From a virus (Duplodnaviria; Caudoviricetes), in IMG/VR virus record IMGVR_UViG_3300033121_001571: a stretch of 64,000 bases of DNA; one strand, 5' to 3'. This document shows, one piece after another, positions 34,467-43,573 of the stretch. Every line of letters begins with the position of its first letter. Positions within the stretch are counted from its first letter, which is position 1. The notes under the pieces were generated by a model that saw nothing but the letters and a program-made list of their open reading frames with translations, made no database searches and had not been told where the DNA came from. A program made the position numbers and the translations under genes.

Positions 34467-35424
34467 AGTTCACCTGAAAACATGCAAGACCCAAAGATCT
34501 CCACAACTTAACAACAGAGTCTCTGTCATCAAGAACAAAATTGACATAATATTTTCCATATATGTTGTTGACGTACAGTTCCCTTTTTACAATATCATCA
34601 CTTCTAGAATCACCAGCAGTTCTCATGTACAAATCATAATGAATTGGCTTAGAATTTGGCAACAGACAGTGTGCATCAATAAATGCTTGTGTCTGTTGCC
34701 TGTATGTCTCTGGACGTGCAGAGACAAAGATTACTTTTGTGTTCTTGGTGTTAAAAGTAACAACTACGTCTCTAACTGGAGAGTTGATCTTATCTTTCAC
34801 GTGACACTCTGACGCATCATACGGTGATCGATCGCCTATAATTGCTAGAGTTCCGTCAAGATCACATATGATAGCATGGGGCAAAGAATTGTCTTGTTCA
34901 CTTTGATGAACTGGGATATTAGACACAAAGTTATGAACTTTGTCTTCAGGATAAGAAGATCCAACAGAGAATTGCTTGGCCATTCTTAATATGATTTCTG
35001 AGCTCATTGTCAACTCAGAAGAACACGATTCATTCCTCTTGTCATTTCTTTTGACACATTCATCAAGCGGAGTTCGTATCCACTTTTCCTCTACTGTCAA
35101 ACAAGAGAAATACTTGCTCATAGTCAAGACTTCTTTTACTGACTTTGATTTCAAATGTGTGTCATCACAAACAACATCAAAACCAGAATTTAACATATCT
35201 TTCAACAGAGATAACTTCATGTGTCTGACAAGAGATTCATACTTTTCATCTTTGATTGAAAAATCATACCATCGATTGTGAGGTCCGACCAACATATTTC
35301 TTATGTTGTCTCTGTTGAGTCTTAACATAGTCCCATTAGATTCAGCGACTAGTCTAGCAGCGTACGTAGACTTACCAGAGCCAGGTAAACCACGTAAAAC
35401 AACTATCTTTCTAGACGAATTCAT
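34453..35424 (-). CDS. pseT: Polynucleotide 5'-kinase/3'-phosphatase (T4 PseT-like)
   Basis: GLPGSGKST, NRDNIR, CDLDGTLA, DDRDSVV..WR..GL.CFQV. Confidence 0.93.
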   Translation of the reverse strand: MNSSRKIVVLRGLPGSGKSTYAARLVAESNGTMLRLNRDNIRNMLVGPHNRWYDFSIKDEKYESLVRHMKLSLLKDMLNSGFDVVCDDTHLKSKSVKEVLTMSKYFSCLTVEEKWIRTPLDECVKRNDKRNESCSSELTMSSEIILRMAKQFSVGSSYPEDKVHNFVSNIPVHQSEQDNSLPHAIICDLDGTLAIIGDRSPYDASECHVKDKINSPVRDVVVTFNTKNTKVIFVSARPETYRQQTQAFIDAHCLLPNSKPIHYDLYMRTAGDSRSDDIVKRELYVNNIYGKYYVNFVLDDRDSVVKLWRSLGLACFQVNYGNF

Positions 35425-35428
35425 TCGT

Positions 35429-35850
35429 GGCCGAGAAGCGTACCTTATCGCCCTCGGCCTTCTGTTTATCAACAAGGATGTTGATTGTCCTACGTGAAGA
35501 GAAAATCACACGTTTAAGTCTGAAAGTCAGTCCTTAGACTCGTTAGTTCTACCATTAAACTACCCAGGCACATGTAAGACTCTTTGAGTCTTGGGCCCGA
35601 GGTGAGAATTGAACTCACATTAACGAGCAATTCAGCAATCAGACGGTTGATTGATTTTTTTACTTCTCGTTCAGACAAATCAGTCTTTGGCAATAGACTG
35701 AGTTTGATTACCGCTATGCCTCTGCCAGTTGGGCTATCTCGGCAAGTTTTTTGCCAGCGCCGAGAGAAGGATTCGAACCTTCACTTTTCACAGTATCATT
35801 AGCGTTAGTCTTAAAGTAAGACTGCGCCTTCTGCAACTACGTTGCAGAAA
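35429..35850 (-). ncRNA. Candidate structured ncRNA with two circularly permuted tRNA-like domains
   Basis: Two T arm-acceptor-D arm units with closed acceptor stems (35712-35804 and 35539-35627) plus several further hairpins; intergenic. Confidence 0.72.
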
Positions 35851-35854
35851 TCTT

Positions 35855-36583
35855 TTACTCGAAGATGTAGTTCAACATCTTCTCAGAAACTTTCTGTGCT
35901 TCAATCTCACGACTGTTGCACTCTTCTCTTGCAAATTTCACTGCTTTCTGCAGTTTCTCTACGCGAGAGAGCATATCAGCAACTTTTTGAGCAGGAAGGG
36001 CACCTGAAAACTTCACAGTCTTCCAGGTTCCAACAGTCTTATCTTCATAACCCTCCTTCACCTGAGCAGGATGCTTGTCTGTCGCAGGACTGAGAACGAG
36101 CGGAACAAAGACTTTCTTTGTTCTTGAAGTCTCAGCTGGTCGAGAGACATAAGCACCCACGTTCTTATCGAAGACCCAATCTTCTGAAGGATCAAGAACA
36201 GGAAGCTTGCTAACAAGCGTGTGAATATCTACAAGCTTCTTCTCAAGAAAAAGCAGATAAGTCACTGGTACGCTCTTTGCCAGAACTACATCACCCAGAG
36301 TAATATCAGCAGTCGCTGAGCAATTTGCATAGTCTTTGGTCGCAGTGATATCAAAAAACTCTACAAGAGTCTGTTGAATCTGCTTCAGAGCAGAACTGAC
36401 ATCAACTTGAACCTTAGTTGACTCAGAAGGAAGTTGTTCTCCAACCTCATCATTTGGACGATAAGTCCTAGAGATACCAGACAGCAACGCTGGCTTCTGC
36501 ACCTTCTGATAGAAGTCAGTCAGCGTGTTGTGAGCTTTTGCTTTTACTGATTTTTCAACTGCAACTACCTGACAAAGTCTCAT
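35855..36583 (-). CDS. Conserved-looking hypothetical protein directly upstream of the tRNA-like RNA
   Basis: 242 aa, MRLCQVVAVEK...GISRTYRP..E.GEQLPSES...VPVTYLLFLEKKL...ATDKHPAQV...KFSGALP...AVKFAREE.N. Confidence 0.85.
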   Translation of the reverse strand: MRLCQVVAVEKSVKAKAHNTLTDFYQKVQKPALLSGISRTYRPNDEVGEQLPSESTKVQVDVSSALKQIQQTLVEFFDITATKDYANCSATADITLGDVVLAKSVPVTYLLFLEKKLVDIHTLVSKLPVLDPSEDWVFDKNVGAYVSRPAETSRTKKVFVPLVLSPATDKHPAQVKEGYEDKTVGTWKTVKFSGALPAQKVADMLSRVEKLQKAVKFAREECNSREIEAQKVSEKMLNYIFE

Positions 36584-36676
36584 TTGTTCACCTGTTTCTA
36601 GTATACCGTCCCGTGTGCCAGTGGACAACCCTAGTTTAATACAGTGAAACACTGTGTGAAAACTACAAATGAAAAT

Positions 36677-36744
36677 AGCAAAAAGCAAAACTGAAGACTT
36701 GAAACACCGTCTTAAGTGTCTTGTCTTCAGTTTTGCTTTTTGCT
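36677..36744. repeat. 22-bp perfect inverted repeat, probable terminator
   Basis: agcaaaaagcaaaactgaagac (36677-36698) / gtcttcagttttgctttttgct (36723-36744), right after the Hsp20 stop. Confidence 0.85.
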
Positions 36745-36745
36745 G

Positions 36746-37108
36746 TTACTTGATCTCTATCAACCTCTTTGCTGGATTTCTTTTCTTTAACTTAATGTTC
36801 AAGATACCATCTTCGAGCGTTGCAGAAGCTTCTACGATATCAACTACGCCAGAAGGTAACATCAGATCGTAAGATCTACTCTGCTCCTTAAGCGTATACG
36901 CAATATTGATTTTACCCTCAAGCAAAGTACAAGTCAACGTATCTTTCTTAACCCCAGGAAGCTTTACTTCAATCTCTAGGTCTTCTCCCACACTATTCAT
37001 CGTGTAAGAACAAGAGTCTCTAGCGTAGAAGTAATCATCTATAGGAAACGAACTCAAGATATCATCAAAAACTGACTTACGACTTGGAACTAAGAAACGA
37101 CTTAGCAA
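36746..37108 (-). CDS. Small heat-shock protein (Hsp20-like)
   Basis: IEVKLPGVKKD...ATLEDGILNIKL.K...IEIK. Confidence 0.85.
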   Translation of the reverse strand: MLSRFLVPSRKSVFDDILSSFPIDDYFYARDSCSYTMNSVGEDLEIEVKLPGVKKDTLTCTLLEGKINIAYTLKEQSRSYDLMLPSGVVDIVEASATLEDGILNIKLKKRNPAKRLIEIK

Positions 37109-37168
37109 CTTTTTCTCCTTTCTTGTGTTGCTTGTTAACAGTAAACACTTACACTCACTTGTAAAGGC

Positions 37169-37549
37169 CTAGTATCCTAACTTTATTCTATTTTTATTTT
37201 TTTCACCCTTTTCAAGGAAAACTTTTTTGAACTCTGACATAGAAAAACCAGAAGCAATCACTATTTCAATCAAGTAGTGCATAGCGTCAGATAGTTCTTC
37301 AAGATACATTTCACGATCAAATTCTTTGACTTCTGTTGCACGATGGTGTTTAGAATTTTTCAACAAGACACAAGCTTCATACATCTCTTCCATACAACAG
37401 TGGACCAATTCTTTTATGTCTCGTTGTCCCTTCTTAGACGTTAAATCAAATGGAGACTTTGGAAAGTTTCTTTCTTGAGAAAGAAGATCCATGAATTCCT
37501 TCTGTTGAAGGAACATCTCTTCTAGAGAATCTTTCATGTTAGATCTCAA
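37169..37549 (-). CDS. All-alpha dUTPase/dCTPase (MazG-like, T4 gp56-like)
   Basis: EEMYEA...K.H...LEELSDAMHY...KN..R...GY. Confidence 0.8.
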   Translation of the reverse strand: MRSNMKDSLEEMFLQQKEFMDLLSQERNFPKSPFDLTSKKGQRDIKELVHCCMEEMYEACVLLKNSKHHRATEVKEFDREMYLEELSDAMHYLIEIVIASGFSMSEFKKVFLEKGEKNKNRIKLGY

Positions 37550-37764
37550 TTTTTATCAAGTTGAAAAATCGCTGCTCTATCAAGCAATTCTTGGTGCCAC
37601 TTCACGACCTTTTCCTTGTACGCAGCGCTTAGTACTAAACTATTATCTGTTGGTGACTGTTCTAACTCAATCTCTCTAAAAAGATCTGTGCAATCAATGC
37701 CAGTTATAATAGCTTCTTGAACTATCTGTACTACGCGGTGCCAAACTTCATCATTGACTTTCAT
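37546..37764 (-). CDS. Hypothetical protein
   Basis: MKVNDEVWHRVVQIVQEAIITGIDC. Confidence 0.65.
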   Translation of the reverse strand: MKVNDEVWHRVVQIVQEAIITGIDCTDLFREIELEQSPTDNSLVLSAAYKEKVVKWHQELLDRAAIFQLDKN

Positions 37765-38386
37765 CTGTTTCTTCTTCTTTCGTAAGTTGTAAGATTGCAT
37801 CTCGAATGTCAAGTCCATCAATAGCATCTCCAATGCAAGTCCAACCTTTGAAGTTTCTTCTAGCAAATACTTCCAATTTTTCAACACCTGGAAACATAGA
37901 ATCTAGACTGTGTTGAAGTACATCAGGTTTTATAGAGTGTCCTTTATTTTGTGCCAAACACACAGAACGTTGTGATTTATCCTGAAGATCTTTGTAAACA
38001 CTCTTACCAGACGTACACACTAAAGCGATTTCATGTGCCTGTCTAAAAAGACGACCCATTCCAATTCTTGTGATATTGTTTATATTTTTTTCTTTAGAGG
38101 CGTCTTTTTTAATCTTTACCCACACGTATGTTTGCTTGAGTTTGAATCCCCAACTCTTTGCAACGTCTAAGCCAACGTCTAACAACGTTGAAGGCACCCA
38201 CAAAACTAAAACACAACCACTTGGATCAACAACAGATCTTATGTCTAAGTTTTTAATCTCGTTATTTGACAACTCTTTATATTGAGAAACAGCTGAACGT
38301 TTGGTCTTAGCTTTCATAGATCGAAGCTTATCATCAAAAGACCAGGGAGGATCTACTACGATTACTTTGAATTTCTTTGCAGCCAT
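37751..38386 (-). CDS. MT-A70-family adenine methyltransferase
   Basis: IVVDPPW, LVLWV, SWGF...YVWVK, GMG, HSIKP, LEVFARR..GW. Confidence 0.9.
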   Translation of the reverse strand: MAAKKFKVIVVDPPWSFDDKLRSMKAKTKRSAVSQYKELSNNEIKNLDIRSVVDPSGCVLVLWVPSTLLDVGLDVAKSWGFKLKQTYVWVKIKKDASKEKNINNITRIGMGRLFRQAHEIALVCTSGKSVYKDLQDKSQRSVCLAQNKGHSIKPDVLQHSLDSMFPGVEKLEVFARRNFKGWTCIGDAIDGLDIRDAILQLTKEEETDESQ

Positions 38387-38979
38387 GTCTTAACTTTTGA
38401 AGCTATAATTTCGTGCACTCCAAATGTACTCTTATCAGAAGAAACAATGATTGTGCTGTGCTTACCTGTGACTTCAGTAAGCAATTGATATTGTTCTTTC
38501 ACGGTTGATTGAAACTTGTTGTCAGATTCATAAACGTCTTTTGGAGTTTCTCTGTGACAGCTGTTAAGCAAAACAACTGTAAGATCTGGTTCTATAAGAA
38601 ACCAATTCAAAAATTTTACATACCACTTTGGTACGTTTGAAGCAATTCCATATATCTCAGCTGACAGCTTCCAGCGATCAACAACCACTACGTCAAACTT
38701 TAACATCTTGTAGAAGATAGACATTTGCAATAAAAACTTATTGAAGAACTGTACAGTTTGAAAAAAACTAGGAAATGTTTTAGCATAACCTTTCACTAAC
38801 ATGTAGTCTATCACTTTTCTTGTTCCAAACAATTTCTCACGATAAGAGATTTGAAAACAATCAGAAAAACTGTCTGTGAAAGAATTTATGTAATTGACTA
38901 ATAGGGGTATTTGTGTTGATTTTCCAACTCCATCGGGACCCTCAAACACAACCAAAGACCCGAGTTTGAAAATTTTCAT
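38362..38979 (-). CDS. tmk: Thymidylate kinase
   Basis: FEGPDGVGKSTQ, VVDRW..S...YG, PDLTV. Confidence 0.85.
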   Translation of the reverse strand: MKIFKLGSLVVFEGPDGVGKSTQIPLLVNYINSFTDSFSDCFQISYREKLFGTRKVIDYMLVKGYAKTFPSFFQTVQFFNKFLLQMSIFYKMLKFDVVVVDRWKLSAEIYGIASNVPKWYVKFLNWFLIEPDLTVVLLNSCHRETPKDVYESDNKFQSTVKEQYQLLTEVTGKHSTIIVSSDKSTFGVHEIIASKVKTWLQRNSK

Positions 38980-38995
38980 TAATTAGAGTATACTG

Positions 38996-39265
38996 TCAGA
39001 GCATATTGTTGAACAAGTACAGTTTACTTGCTAATAAATCATATGTTTCACTTTTGATGCTATCAGATAACTTCTCTAAAACGCTTGACATTCTATCTTT
39101 TGATTCTTGATCAAGTCTTGGCACTATGTTAGTGACAATATACGACTCTACGCTCTCTGCTAACTCTTCAGATAGCTGACGTAAAACATACTCTGGCATC
39201 CTACCTGTCAATTCTTCACTTATGATCTTTTTAAGATCAGAGATCTTGATGTCCACGTCAGTCAA
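38996..39265 (-). CDS. Hypothetical protein with IKISDLKKIISEE leader
   Basis: 89-aa ORF. Confidence 0.7.
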   Translation of the reverse strand: MTDVDIKISDLKKIISEELTGRMPEYVLRQLSEELAESVESYIVTNIVPRLDQESKDRMSSVLEKLSDSIKSETYDLLASKLYLFNNML

Positions 39266-39593
39266 CAGAACCCTTCTTTAGAGAAATAGATATAGCATTT
39301 GAAACAAGTGATCTTAAGTCGTCTTCAGTCTGTTTGACAACTTTGTCAACGACGTTTTGAATGTGTTTGAAAGTTACATCATCAAAATTTCTAGTCTCAG
39401 AATCAAACTTATCTCTAAAAGATAGAACGAGATTTTTCTGCATAGTGCTACGCAACTTCTCAGAGAACCCACTGATTGCATCAACTAGATTCTTATTTGA
39501 ATCTACGTTCTGCACGGGTTCAGTCTGAAAGACTGCAGGCGACATAGCAACTTCTTTGATTAACTTCTTTAGATCTCTAACTGAGATTTTCAC
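39258..39593 (-). CDS. Hypothetical protein with MKISVRDLKKLIKE leader
   Basis: GTG at 39593 lies 5 nt after TACTTA. Confidence 0.72.
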   Translation of the reverse strand: MKISVRDLKKLIKEVAMSPAVFQTEPVQNVDSNKNLVDAISGFSEKLRSTMQKNLVLSFRDKFDSETRNFDDVTFKHIQNVVDKVVKQTEDDLRSLVSNAISISLKKGSVD

Positions 39594-39609
39594 GTCAATA
39601 AGTATTGCA

Positions 39610-42123
39610 TCAACACTTACTGACGCCACACGCAGCACAAGTCATACAACCTTGCATGTACTGCAAGTCTTGACTACCACAATTTTCACAAGTTTTTTCA
39701 AGTCTGTATTTTGTTCCATCAGAAACATAACTCTTGCTTAAAACTTTTGCAAGTGCTGTTGAAAATGAAGTGATATCTGAATATTTGTCTTTTCTCAGTT
39801 GTTCAACAATGAAATTAACAGGAACTCCGTGTCGTAGAGACAAAGAAACCATTCTTGTTAAAGAACCATAAGAAGGATTGTCAAATAAGTTAACAATGTC
39901 TTTAAAAACAAGCAAGTCTTTCTCTGAATCATCAACGCTTATTTCTAAGTTATAAGTCACAACACCGTCAGAATTCTTTCCATTTTTAATGATAGTTCCT
40001 TTTTTGAATTTCTTTGGTACTTCAACGTGTTGTGACAAACCTGCAAACACTTCATATGGTTTATCGTTCAACAAACCCACAATTACCAAATACGTCTCTC
40101 CCTTCACGTTGACCCGAGATAAATCACACTTAAGCTCTTTTGGCCTCTTTTGTGCGTTGCCAACTAATATTCCTGAAGCATCCTGACGGTCAGAAGAACC
40201 GTTCTTTGACAAGTTCTCTGTAGAGACAAGCACACCGTTCTTAGACTCATCTCTGTACATGGTTATACCTTTACAACCTAGTTTCCATGCAAGCATATAA
40301 GTCTCTGAGATCTGTTCACTCGTTGCGCTCTTTGGAAGATTTATTGTCTTAGACAGACTGTGCTCACAGAACTGTTGTGCAGTAGCTTGGATCTTTACAG
40401 CTGAAAGGTGAGGAATTTCATTTGCTGTGAAACCCCAATAAGGAGATCTCTTGATATCTGTCTCACCAGTAATATCTTTCCAAAGCTGGAGTCCATGGTG
40501 AGTCACCATGTACTCTTGCCAAGAGTCGCCAGAGTCATCTACGAAATCAATCTTTTCTGCGGAGTCTTTATTGACTTTTCTTCTTCTCCCGTACTCCAAC
40601 AAAAACACAGGTTCAATACCACTAGTTGTCTGTGTCATCGTTGAAACAGTACCAGCAGGTGCAGTGGTAGTCAACGCAATATTTCTACGTCCATATGTAA
40701 CAAGATCTTGTATCTCTTCTGGTAAGAGATATTGCTTTAGTCTGTCTAAGTAAGGATGACTCTCTGCATATCGTTTAGGATCACAAACAGGAAACTTACC
40801 TCTTTCTTTTGCCATAAGAACAGATTCTCTGTGTGTAGCAAGTGCTAGTGTTTTATAGATCTCTTCAGTGAGTTTCAAAGACTCATCACTTCCATATCCA
40901 ATGTTAAGATACGCAAACACATCTCCAAGAGCAGTGATTCCAGTGCCAGTGCGGCGACCTTTCACACCAGCTTCTCTTATTCTTTCCCACAACCTTTCTT
41001 CTACAGAAGAAACTTCATCTGGCTCATTACTACAGTTAACTTTTTCGATGATTTTATTGACTGCTTCTAATTCTAAGTCTACGAGATCATCCATCAACCG
41101 TTGAGCTTTTCTAGCGTCTTTTTCAAAAGCATCAAAATCAAACTTTGCAGCAGACGTAAACGGATCAGAGACATATTTCACTAGATTGATCAACAACAGA
41201 CGACAAGAATCATACTTGGATAGACCAATTTCTCCGCACGGATTAGTCGATATTGTCTCAAATCCTTTATCACTGAAGATATCAGCCATAGAGTCTTTAG
41301 TCATTCTATCCCAGAAAAACACTCCAGGATCTCCACACTTCCACACTGCCAGCGCTAACTGATCCCAAATCTTTCTAGCTTTTACTGTCTTTGTCAGTTT
41401 AGCAGTTTCTGGTGTTGCAGAAACAGGCCAACGCAAAACAAAGTTATCATCATTTTCAACTGCTTGCATAAACTCATCAGTTAACCTGATTGATATGTTA
41501 GCTCCCGTGACATTTTCTTGATTTGTTTTGATATCAATAAATGTCTCTATTTCTGGATGATAACAAGAGATTGTCATCATAAGCGCGCCACGGCGACCGC
41601 CTTGACCAACTTCTCTAGTTGAATTTGAGTACCTCTTCATAAACCCAGCAATGCCATCTGTTGTCCTAGCGGCATTTGTGGTTGGCATTCCTTTTGGTCG
41701 AATGTTAGACAGATCAAACCCTACACCTCCTCGACGTTTGGAGATCTGAACTAATTGCTGGTCGGTCATACAAATCCCACCGTACGAATCTAGTGGAGAC
41801 GGAATGACAAAACAGTTAGAAAGTGATTGTATCTGGTTAGAGTTTCCTATACCAGACATTGGTGATCCTTGAGGAACAATTTTCCAGTTAGAAAACAACT
41901 GATAGATCTCATCATACGTCATTGGATTGGGATACATCGACTCAATACGCAAAAACTCTTTTGCAAGTCTTTTGTGCATGTCGTCTGGTGTCACTTCAAT
42001 GACATCATTTTCGATATTTCGAAGAGCATATTTTTCTACAAAAGCATCTGCTGCTAACTCATCACCCTTGAAATACTTTAACGATTCAGCCTTTGCAAAA
42101 GCGTCTAATTTTTTATTTGTCAT
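39610..42123 (-). CDS. nrdJ: Class II (B12-dependent) ribonucleotide reductase
   Basis: SLSNCFV, GGRRGALM, TNPCGEI, APAGT..TMTQTTSGIEP, KGITMYRD; C-terminal CENC...CAACGVSKC. Confidence 0.93.
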   Translation of the reverse strand: MTNKKLDAFAKAESLKYFKGDELAADAFVEKYALRNIENDVIEVTPDDMHKRLAKEFLRIESMYPNPMTYDEIYQLFSNWKIVPQGSPMSGIGNSNQIQSLSNCFVIPSPLDSYGGICMTDQQLVQISKRRGGVGFDLSNIRPKGMPTTNAARTTDGIAGFMKRYSNSTREVGQGGRRGALMMTISCYHPEIETFIDIKTNQENVTGANISIRLTDEFMQAVENDDNFVLRWPVSATPETAKLTKTVKARKIWDQLALAVWKCGDPGVFFWDRMTKDSMADIFSDKGFETISTNPCGEIGLSKYDSCRLLLINLVKYVSDPFTSAAKFDFDAFEKDARKAQRLMDDLVDLELEAVNKIIEKVNCSNEPDEVSSVEERLWERIREAGVKGRRTGTGITALGDVFAYLNIGYGSDESLKLTEEIYKTLALATHRESVLMAKERGKFPVCDPKRYAESHPYLDRLKQYLLPEEIQDLVTYGRRNIALTTTAPAGTVSTMTQTTSGIEPVFLLEYGRRRKVNKDSAEKIDFVDDSGDSWQEYMVTHHGLQLWKDITGETDIKRSPYWGFTANEIPHLSAVKIQATAQQFCEHSLSKTINLPKSATSEQISETYMLAWKLGCKGITMYRDESKNGVLVSTENLSKNGSSDRQDASGILVGNAQKRPKELKCDLSRVNVKGETYLVIVGLLNDKPYEVFAGLSQHVEVPKKFKKGTIIKNGKNSDGVVTYNLEISVDDSEKDLLVFKDIVNLFDNPSYGSLTRMVSLSLRHGVPVNFIVEQLRKDKYSDITSFSTALAKVLSKSYVSDGTKYRLEKTCENCGSQDLQYMQGCMTCAACGVSKC

Positions 42124-42166
42124 TTTTAACCTAAATTCACGAACTAAGACAGATTACATTCATAAA

Positions 42167-43573
42167 TCAATCTCTAGACTTGTTGCTAGTTGTCTCAGAA
42201 ACAATCTTTTCGCGTTGCAGTTCTTTCCACTTGCTTCTTAACGTTGCTTTGATATCTTCTTCATTTTCTTTATTTGCATCTGCAGGCGTACTAGACTCTC
42301 CCACAACAGTAAAAGAGGATCTACTTGTATCTATCTTGATGGGATAGACAAGACCGTCTCGACCTGATCGGTTTTTTGCTATGTAAATTCTACCAAGGCC
42401 TGTTGCTTTTTCGTGAACTCTTCTAGAGAGACCAAGAATAAAATCAGCAACGTGAGCTTTACCATATGCTTCAGACATATTTGTCATATCAATGATCTCT
42501 GAACTTGCACCCTCTTTGTTAGATTGAGAAGCAGTTGCAATTGGAAATCCCTTTTCATCAGCTAAGGAACGCAGTTCTTCATAGATCAACTTTAATTCAT
42601 GCCTTAATGAATCATACTCTCTAGTAGATCTCATGATGTCTGCATAGTCAACTATGACAAGATCGGGCTTAAATCCCTTTAATTCTAATCTTTCCATGTG
42701 TGCTCTTAACGTGAACACTGACGCAGAGTTAGATGGAAAGTGTTTAATAATGAGTTTCCCTAAGCTCATGTTCTTGTACTTATCCATAACTTGGTCTTTT
42801 GAATCGATAACATCGCTAGCATTGATGTCACACAAATTTGAATCATATCTGACACCTATCACGTGTTCTGCTAACTCAAACGTGTAGTGCAACACATTTT
42901 TTTGCATACGTAAAGCATTTGCACCAAGTGCAGTCAAAAAGTGTGATTTTCCCACGCCAGAACATGCAACAACTACAAACAGTTCACCTTTACCCATTCC
43001 ACCGTTAAGAATGTCTTTTTGATCTAACTCAGCTATTCCTGTTGGAATACAGTCTCTGCTTAATCTAGTAAATCTAGCTTCATAGTCAACAAAAAAATCA
43101 TGACCCATAGACGGGCTTGTACCAACTTGAGTGGCTTTCTTAATCTCTGAAACTATGCTGTCATATTTTTCAGAGTCAGAGTCAATCTTTGAAATTGCGT
43201 TCTCAATAGCCTTCTTAAGAGCTTGTTTACGACAAAATTCAATGCTTTTGTCTTTAACGTATGGTAAATCACCAGGATCTGGGTTTAGTTTAACTTTTTG
43301 TAAATAACTGATTATTTGTGTCTGGATATACTCATCTGCGTTAGTCTTCAACGCATCTTTAACAAGCGTTAACAAAATTGAAAATGAAGGAAACGTCTTG
43401 TATTTTTTTGCATGAGAAAAATACTTCTCTGTCAAAAATGACAGATGCTTTGATTCTATGTACTTTGGATCAAAGACTTCTAACATATCCTCAGCAAATT
43501 TCTGGTCTACTAAAAGCGCTTGAACAAACTTCTCTTGAAAAGAAGAACCAAAATCTGCAAACGAATTAATCAT
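42167..43573 (-). CDS. DnaB-like (T4 gp41-like) replicative helicase
   Basis: ACSGVGKS, YTFEL, IVDYADIM, TASQSN, IAKNRSGRDG. Confidence 0.93.
   Translation of the reverse strand: MINSFADFGSSFQEKFVQALLVDQKFAEDMLEVFDPKYIESKHLSFLTEKYFSHAKKYKTFPSFSILLTLVKDALKTNADEYIQTQIISYLQKVKLNPDPGDLPYVKDKSIEFCRKQALKKAIENAISKIDSDSEKYDSIVSEIKKATQVGTSPSMGHDFFVDYEARFTRLSRDCIPTGIAELDQKDILNGGMGKGELFVVVACSGVGKSHFLTALGANALRMQKNVLHYTFELAEHVIGVRYDSNLCDINASDVIDSKDQVMDKYKNMSLGKLIIKHFPSNSASVFTLRAHMERLELKGFKPDLVIVDYADIMRSTREYDSLRHELKLIYEELRSLADEKGFPIATASQSNKEGASSEIIDMTNMSEAYGKAHVADFILGLSRRVHEKATGLGRIYIAKNRSGRDGLVYPIKIDTSRSSFTVVGESSTPADANKENEEDIKATLRSKWKELQREKIVSETTSNKSRD

Noticed and set aside
35539-35804. Canonical tRNA genes
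   Set aside because: T-arm and D-arm motifs are present, but the matching halves are in permuted order with no anticodon loop. Pairing the domain 1 5' half with the domain 2 3' half gives a poor acceptor stem and a ~95-nt insert.
35584-36093. Plus-strand ORFs over the ncRNA region
   Set aside because: No protein motifs; the base-pairing pattern explains the sequence better.
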